This document shows, one piece after another, positions 20,061-29,327 of a stretch of 39,281 nt of DNA. The stretch comes from a virus (taxonomy: Duplodnaviria > Caudoviricetes): the IMG/VR virus record IMGVR_UViG_3300034091_000183, positions 1-39,281 of that record, one strand, 5' to 3'. Numbering within the stretch: the stretch's first letter is position 1; each line of letters begins with the position of its first letter. The translations under genes were made by a program, and so were the position numbers. The notes below the pieces were generated by a model, which was not told the origin of the DNA, ran no database searches, and saw only the letters and a list, made by a program, of their open reading frames with translations.

Positions 20061-22431
20061 CGAGTACGGCCTCGAGCCAGCAAAGAAAGCTGGCACGGCC
20101 GTAGCAGACGACGACTACGGCCTCGAAAAGGCCGGAGACGCTGAAGCTGCGTCCGAAGAAGAAGCCACCGAAAAAAATCTTCCCGGATCCACGCCACAGC
20201 TCCGCGAAGCGCTGAAACGGGGCGTTGCGAAGATGCAGCCGCCCACACAGTTCGAGCAAGACCGGCCACAGGAAAATGCCGGAGTCCTCTCGCAAGGTCT
20301 CGGAACAGTTGGCAGGCAGATCAAGGGATTTGCAGCGAGCAGCGTGGCTCCGTACAAGAAAGGCTACGAGACGTACGAGCAGCTCCGCGAAGGTGGAGTT
20401 TCAGCTCCGCTGGCCATCGGAGCCGGAGTCGCACGCGGTCTAACCAACCTGGTCGGCGAAGATCCTATCGAAGCAGCGCAGAACGCGATCAATGCTCCGA
20501 AGGAATACAAGGAACGCCGCGAAGCTGGCTACAATCCCGTGTACTCGCTTCTTGCTCCTCACATTGCTCCACTGGCTCAGGTCGATCTGCCGACGATGGA
20601 GAGAGCGGCCGCTGCGGGAAACACTCCAGGTGTTCTCGCGGAAGCTGCTGTTCCGGCCGCGGAAATCGGTCTCGGTGAAGCCGCACACACGCCGCTCGGA
20701 CAGAAAATCGCGCGCGCTCCTCTCGATCTTGCTCGAGGTGTCCCGCTGACAGAAGAAGGACGAATCGCGGCGGCCAGGGAACAAGCTCTTGCAGTGAAGA
20801 AACCGGCGATGAGTGAAACCGAATACGCTGGCAAGGTCACTGCCGCGATGCCGGATCTGCAGAGAGTCGCGCAAGACAACCAGGGCAAGATCAAAACTCC
20901 GCGTGACGCAGTGAAAGCGATCAGCAACCGGATCTCTCAGATGGAAGAGCCGATCAGCGCGCATCTCGAGAATGTTCCGAGTGAAGTCGTCAATCCTACG
21001 GACTACGTTGACGACCTGCATGCGTCGGTTGACAGCGCGCTGCGTAACTCTCCGACGAAGCTGACCGAAAAAGAAATTGCGGCTGCCAAAGCAAAAGTCG
21101 ACGAGCTCTTCGATGAGCATGGCGAGCATCCGCTGAGTGAGCTCGAACGAATCCGCCGCCGGTTGAACACCGACGCCGAGGATTATTTCAATTCGCGTCC
21201 CGCGGACAAACGCGTGATGGATGCATCCGACGCCACAGCCATCGCGCAGAGAGCGGCCGCGGATTATCTGCGGGAACGACTCTATGGCACCGACGCCGCA
21301 CCCGGCTGGCTCGAGCGCGCCGGTGTGACTGCCGTCGACGCAGAAGGCAAGCGAGTCCCGATGGCAGAGTTCCGTCGACGTGTCGGAAACCTGATCGAGG
21401 TTCGCAATCATTTCGAGGATGCCATCACTCGAGCGGAAGCCGCCGGTGACTGGTCCGCATTCCAGAAGTGGCGCAGCGGTCCATCGCTCGCCGCCGGTGG
21501 GCTTGGTGCGCTGACCGGCCTGGCTGCCGGTGGTCCGTTCGGAGCGATCCTCGGCACTCTCGCAGGAGAAGGTTTCAAGGCCTGGGCCGATTATCTGCAC
21601 TCGAAGAACATCAATCTGAACGTGCAGAAGATGTTCGGAAATCTCGAGAGGACCGGCAAACCAAATACTGTCGACATCCAGACGCGCCAGCCGATTGTGC
21701 AAGCTCCCACCGGCCAGGGCGCTATGCCACCGACCACTGCGCCGGTGCAGGGTCCTCAACCGCTCGGCAATTTCGAGATGGAGAACCTGCGGCCGAACCA
21801 GACCGCCATGTGGCAGCAGCAGGTCGGCGCGCCGCCTCCGCTCGAGACCGGAGCGCCCACTCCACCCTATCGCGAGCCTATCGGCCCACAGCCAGCTCCT
21901 GAGGCCCCGCCAGCACCCATCCAGGGCGAGCAGCAGCGCTTTCATCTGCCGGAGACGCCGGAGGAGGCACCACTGTGGAATCTCCGGCCGATCAACGTGC
22001 CGAAGAACGTCGGCGAAGCACCGGCACCGGCCGCGCCAGAACCGGCCGCCGCGCCTCCAGCTCCGATCCGCGAGGGACCGCTACGTCCAGTCGGCGCGCA
22101 AGGAGAAGGAGGAGGGCTCAAGCTCGGCGAAGGCGAGGATCTCGGACCTGGTCTTGGAACAGAGCACGTGATCACACGCGAAGGAAAGCGCGTCGGCAGC
22201 GTGACCGTTGAACCGCGGCCGGATGGAGTTCTGCACGTTCACTGGCTCGGTGGCGAGTTCACTCCGGCAGATCGTGGTCCGCTGACTTCGATGCTGAAGG
22301 AAGAATATCCAGGCACCGAGAAGATCACCTATGACCGCAGGCGTCTCGCGAAAGAAGCGACGGCGGCCACGACTGAGCCGCGCGAGATGAATGTGGGCGG
22401 GGCCAAGCTCGCAAAGACCGGAGGCCCGTAA
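20041..22431 (+). CDS. Putative ejection/internal virion protein 3
   Basis: 796 aa; DDxYGLE repeat at N-terminus, glycine-zipper hydrophobic stretch GGLGALTGLAAGGPFGAILG, Pro-rich linker; ends GGAKLAKTGGP. Confidence 0.6.
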   Translation: MPPREDDEYGLEPAKKAGTAVADDDYGLEKAGDAEAASEEEATEKNLPGSTPQLREALKRGVAKMQPPTQFEQDRPQENAGVLSQGLGTVGRQIKGFAASSVAPYKKGYETYEQLREGGVSAPLAIGAGVARGLTNLVGEDPIEAAQNAINAPKEYKERREAGYNPVYSLLAPHIAPLAQVDLPTMERAAAAGNTPGVLAEAAVPAAEIGLGEAAHTPLGQKIARAPLDLARGVPLTEEGRIAAAREQALAVKKPAMSETEYAGKVTAAMPDLQRVAQDNQGKIKTPRDAVKAISNRISQMEEPISAHLENVPSEVVNPTDYVDDLHASVDSALRNSPTKLTEKEIAAAKAKVDELFDEHGEHPLSELERIRRRLNTDAEDYFNSRPADKRVMDASDATAIAQRAAADYLRERLYGTDAAPGWLERAGVTAVDAEGKRVPMAEFRRRVGNLIEVRNHFEDAITRAEAAGDWSAFQKWRSGPSLAAGGLGALTGLAAGGPFGAILGTLAGEGFKAWADYLHSKNINLNVQKMFGNLERTGKPNTVDIQTRQPIVQAPTGQGAMPPTTAPVQGPQPLGNFEMENLRPNQTAMWQQQVGAPPPLETGAPTPPYREPIGPQPAPEAPPAPIQGEQQRFHLPETPEEAPLWNLRPINVPKNVGEAPAPAAPEPAAAPPAPIREGPLRPVGAQGEGGGLKLGEGEDLGPGLGTEHVITREGKRVGSVTVEPRPDGVLHVHWLGGEFTPADRGPLTSMLKEEYPGTEKITYDRRRLAKEATAATTEPREMNVGGAKLAKTGGP

Positions 22432-23026
22432 GGCTAAAACGAAATGGATGGTCAAGGATCCCGAATCATTCAAGGCGCAGCTCGGTAAGGACATCGAAGC
22501 ACTCGTTCGCAAGAGTGAGCGTCTGGGCATGACCCCGGCGGTGCGTATAAACGGGACGTCCGACCTGCCGAAGTTGGCGTGGGAGATGGCAGAAAAATAT
22601 CCTGACGTTCAGTTTTACGATTACACGAAGCACCCGCGTCCCTGGGAGCACACGCGTCCCAACTATCATTTGACGTTCAGCTTGAGTGAAACGAACGAGG
22701 CTGCTGCCAAGGCAGCACTGGATCACGGTGTCAACGTCGCGGTGCCGTTCTTCGTGAAAAAAGGCGCGCCACTTCCGAAAGAATTTCTTGGTAGGCCTGT
22801 AATCGATGGGGATTTAACTGACCTGCGCTTCCTCGACAAGGGCGATGGTGTGGTGGTGGGTCTGCGCGCCAAAGGCCGCGCCAAGAAAGACGTGACAGGG
22901 TTCGTGAAGCACAATCCTGATTTGGTTCAGATCAAACCCGCGACAGGCAAACCAGCTACACCGGAAGAGAAGGCAACTGCTCCGCAAACACGACACGAAG
23001 AATATCTGGGAGAGGCGTGGCGCTAA
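22391..23026 (+). pseudogene. GP88-like (radical-SAM-related) domain lacking its N-terminal Cys cluster, out of frame with the upstream gene
   Basis: PAVRINGTSDL, QFYDYTK, NYHLTFSLSE, NVAVPF, IDGDLTDLRFLD and VVGLRAKG are recognisable GP88-family motifs. No Cys present and no convincing start. Confidence 0.6.
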
Positions 23027-23349
23027 GAACCGCTGACGCCGGGATCGTCAGGCCAGTCTTCACTTTTCTGGGACTTCAGTTCTTCCGGCATGTGCTTGTA
23101 GATGTCGGCCCACATATTTCCGACGATCCCTTCCTTGGGTGGTTTGCCGCCGAAATAGAAGTTGATGAAGTTGTCCTTGGTTGGCTCGATGTGCAGTGAC
23201 TTCATTTCCCTCAGGGATGCTTCTCCCGTCAGCAGCGGATGTCCTGTGATCGACGCTTTGCCGTCGACCATCTGGTGGCCAGGGCAGTTGGGGATTCCGC
23301 ATTTGCAATCAGTGGATCCTGGACGCTTCATGGGCTTGACGGCGGTCAT
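23023..23349 (-). CDS. Hypothetical protein with CxCxxxxCxxH motif
   Basis: GAGGT SD on the minus strand; 108 aa. Confidence 0.6.
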   Translation of the reverse strand: MTAVKPMKRPGSTDCKCGIPNCPGHQMVDGKASITGHPLLTGEASLREMKSLHIEPTKDNFINFYFGGKPPKEGIVGNMWADIYKHMPEELKSQKSEDWPDDPGVSGS

Positions 23350-23376
23350 GTGGCACCTCGAACACGATTGTACTCC

Positions 23377-23619
23377 TTAAACGTGTGAGCGGTGCGGCCC
23401 GGTACATCCTGGAATGCTGCAACGGTGGGAATTTCTCGAGAGCAAGTGAGCGATCCACTTCGCGGTGACGAACACAACGCGCCCGGCGAAAACGACAATC
23501 GCGAAGGCTACGAATAGAGTAATCGAGATCACGACATCATCGGCGGTCACGAGCGGCCCCGGCCGGGAAACGCAGTACGCGACAAATGCGGAGATCAAAA
23601 CCACGTCCCAAAATTTCAT
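23377..23619 (-). CDS. Small membrane protein
   Basis: GGAGGT SD; two hydrophobic segments; C-terminal CSIPGCTGPH resembles the motif in the neighbouring gene. Confidence 0.6.
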   Translation of the reverse strand: MKFWDVVLISAFVAYCVSRPGPLVTADDVVISITLFVAFAIVVFAGRVVFVTAKWIAHLLSRNSHRCSIPGCTGPHRSHV

Positions 23620-23622
23620 GGC

Positions 23623-23769
23623 TTACCTCCCCGCGATCCAGCGCTCGCGGAACTTAGCGCAATAATCGGAGAAGGTTTCCGGTGCGGAGATCAGAACGAC
23701 CTGGTAGCTGGCGACAAATTCGCGCCACAGCTCCTTGCGGAACTCGATCTGGGCTGGTGTCTGGTTCAT
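23623..23769 (-). CDS. Small hypothetical protein (48 aa)
   Basis: AAGGAG SD; MNQTPAQIEFRKELWREFVASYQVVLISAPETFSDYCAKFRERWIAGR*; abuts the next gene. Confidence 0.55.
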   Translation of the reverse strand: MNQTPAQIEFRKELWREFVASYQVVLISAPETFSDYCAKFRERWIAGR

Positions 23770-23984
23770 GGTGGGCTCCTTTATGATTGCGCCGATTCCC
23801 AGGCGATCCGTCGATCTCCAGGACTTTGTCCCGCGAAGCGCCCCACCGCGCTCGGACTTACGTGGGTGCTGTTCGCTTCAGCAAGGAACCGACGCAGCTC
23901 AATTCTCGTCGACTGGGCGTACTGTGGAAATAGTACGAGTACCTGGTACTTCAGTCCTATGCGTGGTATATACCACGGTGTCCC

Positions 23985-24164
23985 ATGCGCGGCCCCCTGG
24001 AAATCACCCTTGAAAAGCTGCGTGACGAGCATCGTGTCCCGCTCGGGATCCTCTCGTTCGATATGGAGAAAGAGGAGATCTTCCTGACGCTGTTCCCCGG
24101 GTTGAGCACCGAGGAAGTCAACGCGCTACTTATCAAGATCGGCATCAAAGGAATCTTTGAATGA
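23985..24164 (+). CDS. Small hypothetical protein (59 aa)
   Basis: MRGPLEITLEKLRDEHRVPLGILSFD...GIFE*; ATGA overlap with the first glycosyltransferase. Confidence 0.5.
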   Translation: MRGPLEITLEKLRDEHRVPLGILSFDMEKEEIFLTLFPGLSTEEVNALLIKIGIKGIFE

Positions 24165-26053
24165 ACATCGTGATCATTACGAACTGGAACGGAATAGGAC
24201 TTCAGAGAGACGGGGAACTGCTTCACGACTTCTTGCTCGAGCAAGGCCACCAGGTGATCAGGTATCAGTGGGACGAACCGATAACGCAACCGATCACCGG
24301 CAACAAGCTTCCGAACGATCTCGCGATCTTCCTCGAAGTTGTGCCGCGGGAGTTTCTGAAAATCGCGCCGGTGCGCTGGGCGTTCCTCAATCCCGAATGG
24401 ATGACGCCGGATCGCGTGCAGACGGTCTCGCTCGGAATCGACAAGATCTTTGCGAAGACGCGCGAGGCCGAACGGATCTTCTCACCGCTATTTCCCGGCC
24501 GCGTGAAGTACACCGGTTTCCTCACGCGTGATCAGTGTCTGCCGGAGATCGAACGCAAGCCCTGGTTCTTGCACATCGGCGGAAACAGTTCCCTGCGTGG
24601 AACGCAAACAGTCGTCGACGCGTGGAAGTGGACGTATGAAGGAAAGCGCCTGGACCGTCATCTGATCGTTGTGAGCACAGCTCTGCAGGATCGTCCTGAG
24701 ATCCCGATGGTCACGTATCACGAAAAGCTGAGTGAGGAAGAGTTGAAGTCTTACCAGAACGAATGCATGTTCCATATCTATCCGAGTGGCACCGAAGGAT
24801 GGGGCCACGCGATTCACGAAGCGCAAAGTTGTGGCGCAGTTCTTCTAGTCACTGGCCAGCCGCCAATGAACGAGATCCCGCACATCTACCCGATCTTCGG
24901 GAAGAAGGCGTCCAAGTACAATCTCGCGGACGTTTACGAGGTGAGCGCGATTGACATCTTCGACAGAGTGACAACGTGCAGTGAGATCTATCGAGTGCGG
25001 CCGGAACAGGAATGGAAAGAAGAGCAGCGCCAGATCCGCGCGCACTTCCTCACCGCCAACGAGGAGTTCAAGAAAATTTTCAACGACGAGCTAAACTTTG
25101 GAGTCAAGATAGCGTCGGTAAAGAAATTCGTGCGGCCGGTGAGAACCGGCGACAAAAAGATCGTGGCGTTCCTCGGAAACTTCGCTTCGCCGGAGAGCAC
25201 CGAGAACATGATCAAGTGGGGACTCGAGGAGCTCGGCCACCAGGTTATCGAGATCCAGGAGAACGAAGCAACTGTCGATTGGCTCGAAGAGACGTTTAAC
25301 TATGCGGACGTTTTTTTCTGGGTGAAGACGCCCGGGTTCCTGAAGGTGAATGACGGACGCATGCAGAGGATCCTCGACAGTGCGTTGATTCCAACAGCAT
25401 CGATCCATCTCGACAAGTTCTGGGGAATCCCTGAGCGCGAACCGGCCATAGGCAAGACGCCGTTCTGGAAGACAGACTTCGTATTCACGGCCGACGGTTC
25501 ACAACCCGAAAAATTTATTTCGCGCGGTGTGAACCATTTCTGGATGAAGCCAGCGGTGAGCCAGGTGTACTGCCACCCGGGAGTTCCTCGCGCACATTTT
25601 CTCTGTGACGTCGGCTTCGTCGGCGCTCGCGAGTACCACCGAGAATATCCGTTCCGCGCCGATCTCGTCGAGTTCCTCGAGAAGACCTACGGAGACCGCT
25701 TCAAGCTGATCCAGGGAGTGCGCGGCCACGATCTCAACGACTTCTATGCCTCGTGCAAGGTTGCCGTCGGGGACTGCATCTTTGCCGGGACTCCGAACTA
25801 CTGGTCAGATCGCGTGCCGGAGACCTGCGGCCGGTGGGGATTCCTGCTCCATCCCGACGTCGCCGGGCTGGACATTCCGGTGGCCAAGTACACCGCGCAG
25901 AACCTCGAGAACTTGCGCGCCCAGATCGAATACTGGCTCAGTCACGACGATCACCGGCTGCGCGTTCGCACTGTGGCCACGTTCGAGACGTTGCAGAACA
26001 ACACCTGGGCGACACGATTGCGCTGGATCTTGGAGACAATGGGAAAGAAGTGA
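24161..26053 (+). CDS. Two-domain GT-B glycosyltransferase (GT4-like plus CgeB/Glyco_trans_1_2-like)
   Basis: YPSGTEGWGHAIHEAQSCGA (GT4-type ExxxxxxxEA) and DVGFVG...DLNDFYASCK...YWSDRVPETCGRWGFLL...NNTWATR. Confidence 0.85.
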   Translation: MNIVIITNWNGIGLQRDGELLHDFLLEQGHQVIRYQWDEPITQPITGNKLPNDLAIFLEVVPREFLKIAPVRWAFLNPEWMTPDRVQTVSLGIDKIFAKTREAERIFSPLFPGRVKYTGFLTRDQCLPEIERKPWFLHIGGNSSLRGTQTVVDAWKWTYEGKRLDRHLIVVSTALQDRPEIPMVTYHEKLSEEELKSYQNECMFHIYPSGTEGWGHAIHEAQSCGAVLLVTGQPPMNEIPHIYPIFGKKASKYNLADVYEVSAIDIFDRVTTCSEIYRVRPEQEWKEEQRQIRAHFLTANEEFKKIFNDELNFGVKIASVKKFVRPVRTGDKKIVAFLGNFASPESTENMIKWGLEELGHQVIEIQENEATVDWLEETFNYADVFFWVKTPGFLKVNDGRMQRILDSALIPTASIHLDKFWGIPEREPAIGKTPFWKTDFVFTADGSQPEKFISRGVNHFWMKPAVSQVYCHPGVPRAHFLCDVGFVGAREYHREYPFRADLVEFLEKTYGDRFKLIQGVRGHDLNDFYASCKVAVGDCIFAGTPNYWSDRVPETCGRWGFLLHPDVAGLDIPVAKYTAQNLENLRAQIEYWLSHDDHRLRVRTVATFETLQNNTWATRLRWILETMGKK

Positions 26054-26055
26054 AT

Positions 26056-26071
26056 TGTTCCACGTGAAACA
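26056..26071. promoter_or_regulatory. parS: parS site (ParB/Spo0J binding)
   Basis: TGTTCCACGTGAAACA, an exact match to the bacterial parS consensus TGTTNCACGTGAAACA; intergenic. Confidence 0.85.
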
Positions 26072-26095
26072 TACAAGGTCCCAGTACTCATTACC

Positions 26096-26169
26096 GACAC
26101 TTCGGGACCTAAAAAAGAACCTGAAGTGTCGGGACACTTCGGGACCTAAAAAAGAACCTGAAGTGTCGG
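26096..26169. repeat. Perfect tandem duplication of a 37-bp internally palindromic unit
   Basis: GACACTTCGGGACCTAAAAAAGAACCTGAAGTGTCGG at 26096-26132 and 26133-26169; arms GACACTTC/GAAGTGTC. Confidence 0.9.
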
Positions 26170-26192
26170 AGAACGTAAAGGGGGGTGTTTAA

Positions 26193-27089
26193 GTGAGCTT
26201 TGACCAAACGAAGATCGACGTGATCTGGCACTCGCAGGAGGACGGCCGCGGCCGGTACAACTGCACGACCATGCTGAACGACGTATTTGACCGCTACAAC
26301 TGCGTGCATCACGCCGGGCGGAAATATATGCCGAAAGGCATCGAGGGAGGGGTAGTGATCGTTCACGGCGGCCGCCAGATGGGCGAGATCGACAGGGTGA
26401 ACATGGACCTCGATGAACTAAAATGGGCGCTGGTGATCTTCCTGGGCGACGAGGAGTGCAGTTTTCCCATTGAGAAGGTCGAGGTGCCGGAAAACCGCAT
26501 CACGTGGATCCAGGAGCCCATGGTGCCGGGAAAGCACGCCACGATCCCCCACCGGCCGATCCTGGACGGTTATACGCCGCACTGCCGCAATTTCGCGGTG
26601 CCACAGACGCCCAAGGACCTCGATTGGTTCTTCGCTGGCCAGGTGACGCACGAGAGGCGGCGCGAGTGTGTCGCAGCGTTGCAGTCGATTGACTGGGGCG
26701 GCGTGATCATCGAGACGAAGGGTTACTGCCAGGGGATCCCCGAGCAGGCGTACTTTCAAATGATGAACCGTGCGCGCCTGGTGCCGTGTCCGTCTGGTCC
26801 GTTGTCGCCGGATGCCGCGCGTCCCTGGGAAGCGCTCGAGTGCGGCGCGATTCCGATCCTCGATGATCTCTCGCCGGTGCGGAAGAAAGGTGGCTTCTGG
26901 GCTCACGTACTCGGCGATCATCCGATGCCCTGGGTCACCAGGTGGGAGAGCTTGCCGGATCTGATCGACACGCTAAAGAAAACCGGGAACCTGGACATGA
27001 TCCAGAAAGAGTGTTTGACCTGGTGGGCCGACTATAAATTCAAATTCGCGAAAGCGCTCGGTGACGATCTGAAAAAACTGCGAGGCTGA
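26193..27089 (+). CDS. Exostosin/GT47-like glycosyltransferase
   Basis: KDLDWFFAGQ...YFQMMNRARLVPCPSG...RPWEALECGAIPI. Confidence 0.75.
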   Translation: MSFDQTKIDVIWHSQEDGRGRYNCTTMLNDVFDRYNCVHHAGRKYMPKGIEGGVVIVHGGRQMGEIDRVNMDLDELKWALVIFLGDEECSFPIEKVEVPENRITWIQEPMVPGKHATIPHRPILDGYTPHCRNFAVPQTPKDLDWFFAGQVTHERRRECVAALQSIDWGGVIIETKGYCQGIPEQAYFQMMNRARLVPCPSGPLSPDAARPWEALECGAIPILDDLSPVRKKGGFWAHVLGDHPMPWVTRWESLPDLIDTLKKTGNLDMIQKECLTWWADYKFKFAKALGDDLKKLRG

Positions 27090-27091
27090 AC

Positions 27092-27817
27092 GTGGAAACC
27101 GAAATCACCGTGCTCGTTTCGTCGTCTCCGATCCCGAGCCATCCGTCTCTCGCGATCATCCAGGAAACGCTCGACAGCATCCGCTACCATTTGCCCGACG
27201 CGAAGATCATCATCATGCTCGACGGCGTGCGCGAGGAGCAGAAAGATCGCGAGAAGGCCTACCACCAGCACATCATGCAGCTCGCGACGAAGTTGCTGGC
27301 GTCGAAGGACCGGCAGGTCAGGCTCTACCCGTTCAACGATTTCACGCACCAGGCGTGGATGACGATGAAGACACTCGAGACAATCTACTCGCCGCTGATT
27401 CTATTTGTGGAGCACGACACGCCGCTGGTCGACAAGCCCATTGACTGGCCGCTGCTGAAGCGAATGATCCGCGAGGGTTACACGAACCACATCCGCTTGC
27501 ATTACGACGAGCAGATCCATCCCGAGCACCAGCACCTCATGCGCGGAAAGCTGACGGAGAACTTGATCAAGACCGTGCAGTGGCACCAGCGGCCGCATCT
27601 GGCGCACGCTACCTGGTACGAGCAGATCCTCGCGAACAACTTCACCGAGAAGTCGCGCACCTGGATCGAAGACAAAGTATATTCGCCGGTGACTTGCGCG
27701 CCGTGGGAGGAGTACAAGCTCACGGTGTATGATCCAGAAGGCACGGGCCAGAATATGAAGCGCTCGCGAGATCTTAACGGCCGCGCGGGAGACAAGAAGT
27801 ACGATCCACAATTCTGA
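27092..27817 (+). CDS. GT-A fold glycosyltransferase (EHD motif)
   Basis: ITVLVSSSPIPSHPS...IIIMLDGV...PLILFVEHD. Confidence 0.7.
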   Translation: METEITVLVSSSPIPSHPSLAIIQETLDSIRYHLPDAKIIIMLDGVREEQKDREKAYHQHIMQLATKLLASKDRQVRLYPFNDFTHQAWMTMKTLETIYSPLILFVEHDTPLVDKPIDWPLLKRMIREGYTNHIRLHYDEQIHPEHQHLMRGKLTENLIKTVQWHQRPHLAHATWYEQILANNFTEKSRTWIEDKVYSPVTCAPWEEYKLTVYDPEGTGQNMKRSRDLNGRAGDKKYDPQF

Positions 27818-28542
27818 TGACTCCAGACGAAGCGATCACGATTGTCACCACCGTCTGCGCGATCCCCTCGCAGCCGAGCACGTGGATCATCGACAAAGTC
27901 TACGCGAGCGCCAGGCACTATCTGCCGCAGGCGCGCTGGCTCTTTCTCTTCGACGGCGTCCACCAGATCCAGGAAGACATGCGGCCGGGCTACGAGGAGT
28001 ACAAGAAGATCCTGAAAGAACGGATCAACACCAGCGAGTGGAACAACTCGGAGTACATGGAGTTCGAGGAATGGGGCCACCAGGCCAGCATGATCCGCGA
28101 AGCGGTTCGCCGCAGTCGCATCGGTACACCGCTGATCCTTTTTCTCGAGCACGACTTCGCGTTCAACTATCTGCCGATTGATTTCCAGGGAATCGTCAAC
28201 AGCCTGCTCGAGAGAGAGATGTGCTACGTGCGGTTCGCACTGCCGGAAGAAACTCGCGAGAGCATCAAGAACTTGAACGTACCGCGGACGAGCCGGTTCA
28301 TCCCGGTGATGGAAACGAAAAACTATTCTTCGCTTCCGCACGTCTGCACGCTCGAGTTCATGCAGCGGTTAGTGCTCGAGTTCATCCACGGCCGGGACCA
28401 CATCGAATGCCTGGTGACCGAAGGGATCGCGTTCAAGGAACCGCAGTGGCGGCTGTCGCTGTACGTTCCCGAAGGACATCTGGATCGCGTCTATTCGCTC
28501 GACGGACGCCAAGGACGAAAAAAACCGGAGGTGACGTTTTGA
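27817..28542 (+). CDS. GT-A fold glycosyltransferase, paralogue of the previous gene
   Basis: ITIVTTVCAIPSQPS...LFLFDGV...PLILFLEHD...LDGR; also 241 aa. Confidence 0.7.
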   Translation: MTPDEAITIVTTVCAIPSQPSTWIIDKVYASARHYLPQARWLFLFDGVHQIQEDMRPGYEEYKKILKERINTSEWNNSEYMEFEEWGHQASMIREAVRRSRIGTPLILFLEHDFAFNYLPIDFQGIVNSLLEREMCYVRFALPEETRESIKNLNVPRTSRFIPVMETKNYSSLPHVCTLEFMQRLVLEFIHGRDHIECLVTEGIAFKEPQWRLSLYVPEGHLDRVYSLDGRQGRKKPEVTF

Positions 28543-29327
28543 TTCTGATCACTGGGGGAACAGGATTCATCGGTTCGCACTTCATGCAAATCGCGAGAAG
28601 TAGACACGAAGAGGTTGCGAATCTTGGTCGAGAGACCTGGGATTTCCGAGAGCCGCAGCCGCCTTACCTGGCGAGCTGGACGTCGCCGAAAATTTTCATC
28701 CACTTCGGTGCGAACGTGAAAGCGCGCCAGAGCGTCGATAACCCATGGCCTTTTGTTCAGGACAATATTCTCGGCACGTACAATGTGCTGGAACTCGCGC
28801 GCCGTTTGCATCCCAGCCTTTTCGTGTTCATCTCCTCGGCCGAAGCGCTCGGCGGATGCGACAAAGGCTACCTGGGTCTCGAGTCGCCGATGAAGCCATC
28901 GAATCCTTACGCGGCGACGAAAGCGGCCGGAGAGCTACTGACCTACACCTACTACCGCTCGTATCGATTGCCAGCGATCATCGTGCGGACGCAGTGCGTG
29001 TGGGACATACTCCAGAAAGATCCAACAAAAGCGGTGCCGATCATCAGGGACACGATCATGGCCGGTAAGCCGGTGAAGATCTATCACAGGCGCGGCCGGA
29101 TCGGTTCGCGCCAGTGGATTCACGTCGACGAGTTCTGCAACCGGCTTCTGAATCTTCTGCCGAAGGCCATCCCAGGCGAGACCTACCACATCGTCGGCGA
29201 GGAGTTGACCAATTTACAGTTGGCCGAACTTGTCGCCAAACAACTGGATATGCCGCTACTCACCGAACCAGAAGAGATCTCGCCGACTCACGAACTTCGT
29301 TACGCGTTGACGGGGACAAAAGAATGA
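28539..29327 (+). CDS. NAD-dependent epimerase/dehydratase (RmlB-like extended SDR)
   Basis: TTG start with GGAGG SD (TTGA overlap); ITGGTGFIG, NILGTYNVLE, PSNPYAATK. Confidence 0.85.
   Translation: MILITGGTGFIGSHFMQIARSRHEEVANLGRETWDFREPQPPYLASWTSPKIFIHFGANVKARQSVDNPWPFVQDNILGTYNVLELARRLHPSLFVFISSAEALGGCDKGYLGLESPMKPSNPYAATKAAGELLTYTYYRSYRLPAIIVRTQCVWDILQKDPTKAVPIIRDTIMAGKPVKIYHRRGRIGSRQWIHVDEFCNRLLNLLPKAIPGETYHIVGEELTNLQLAELVAKQLDMPLLTEPEEISPTHELRYALTGTKE

Noticed and set aside
26096-26169. Possible CRISPR array
   Set aside because: Only two units, directly adjacent with no spacer, and no cas genes.
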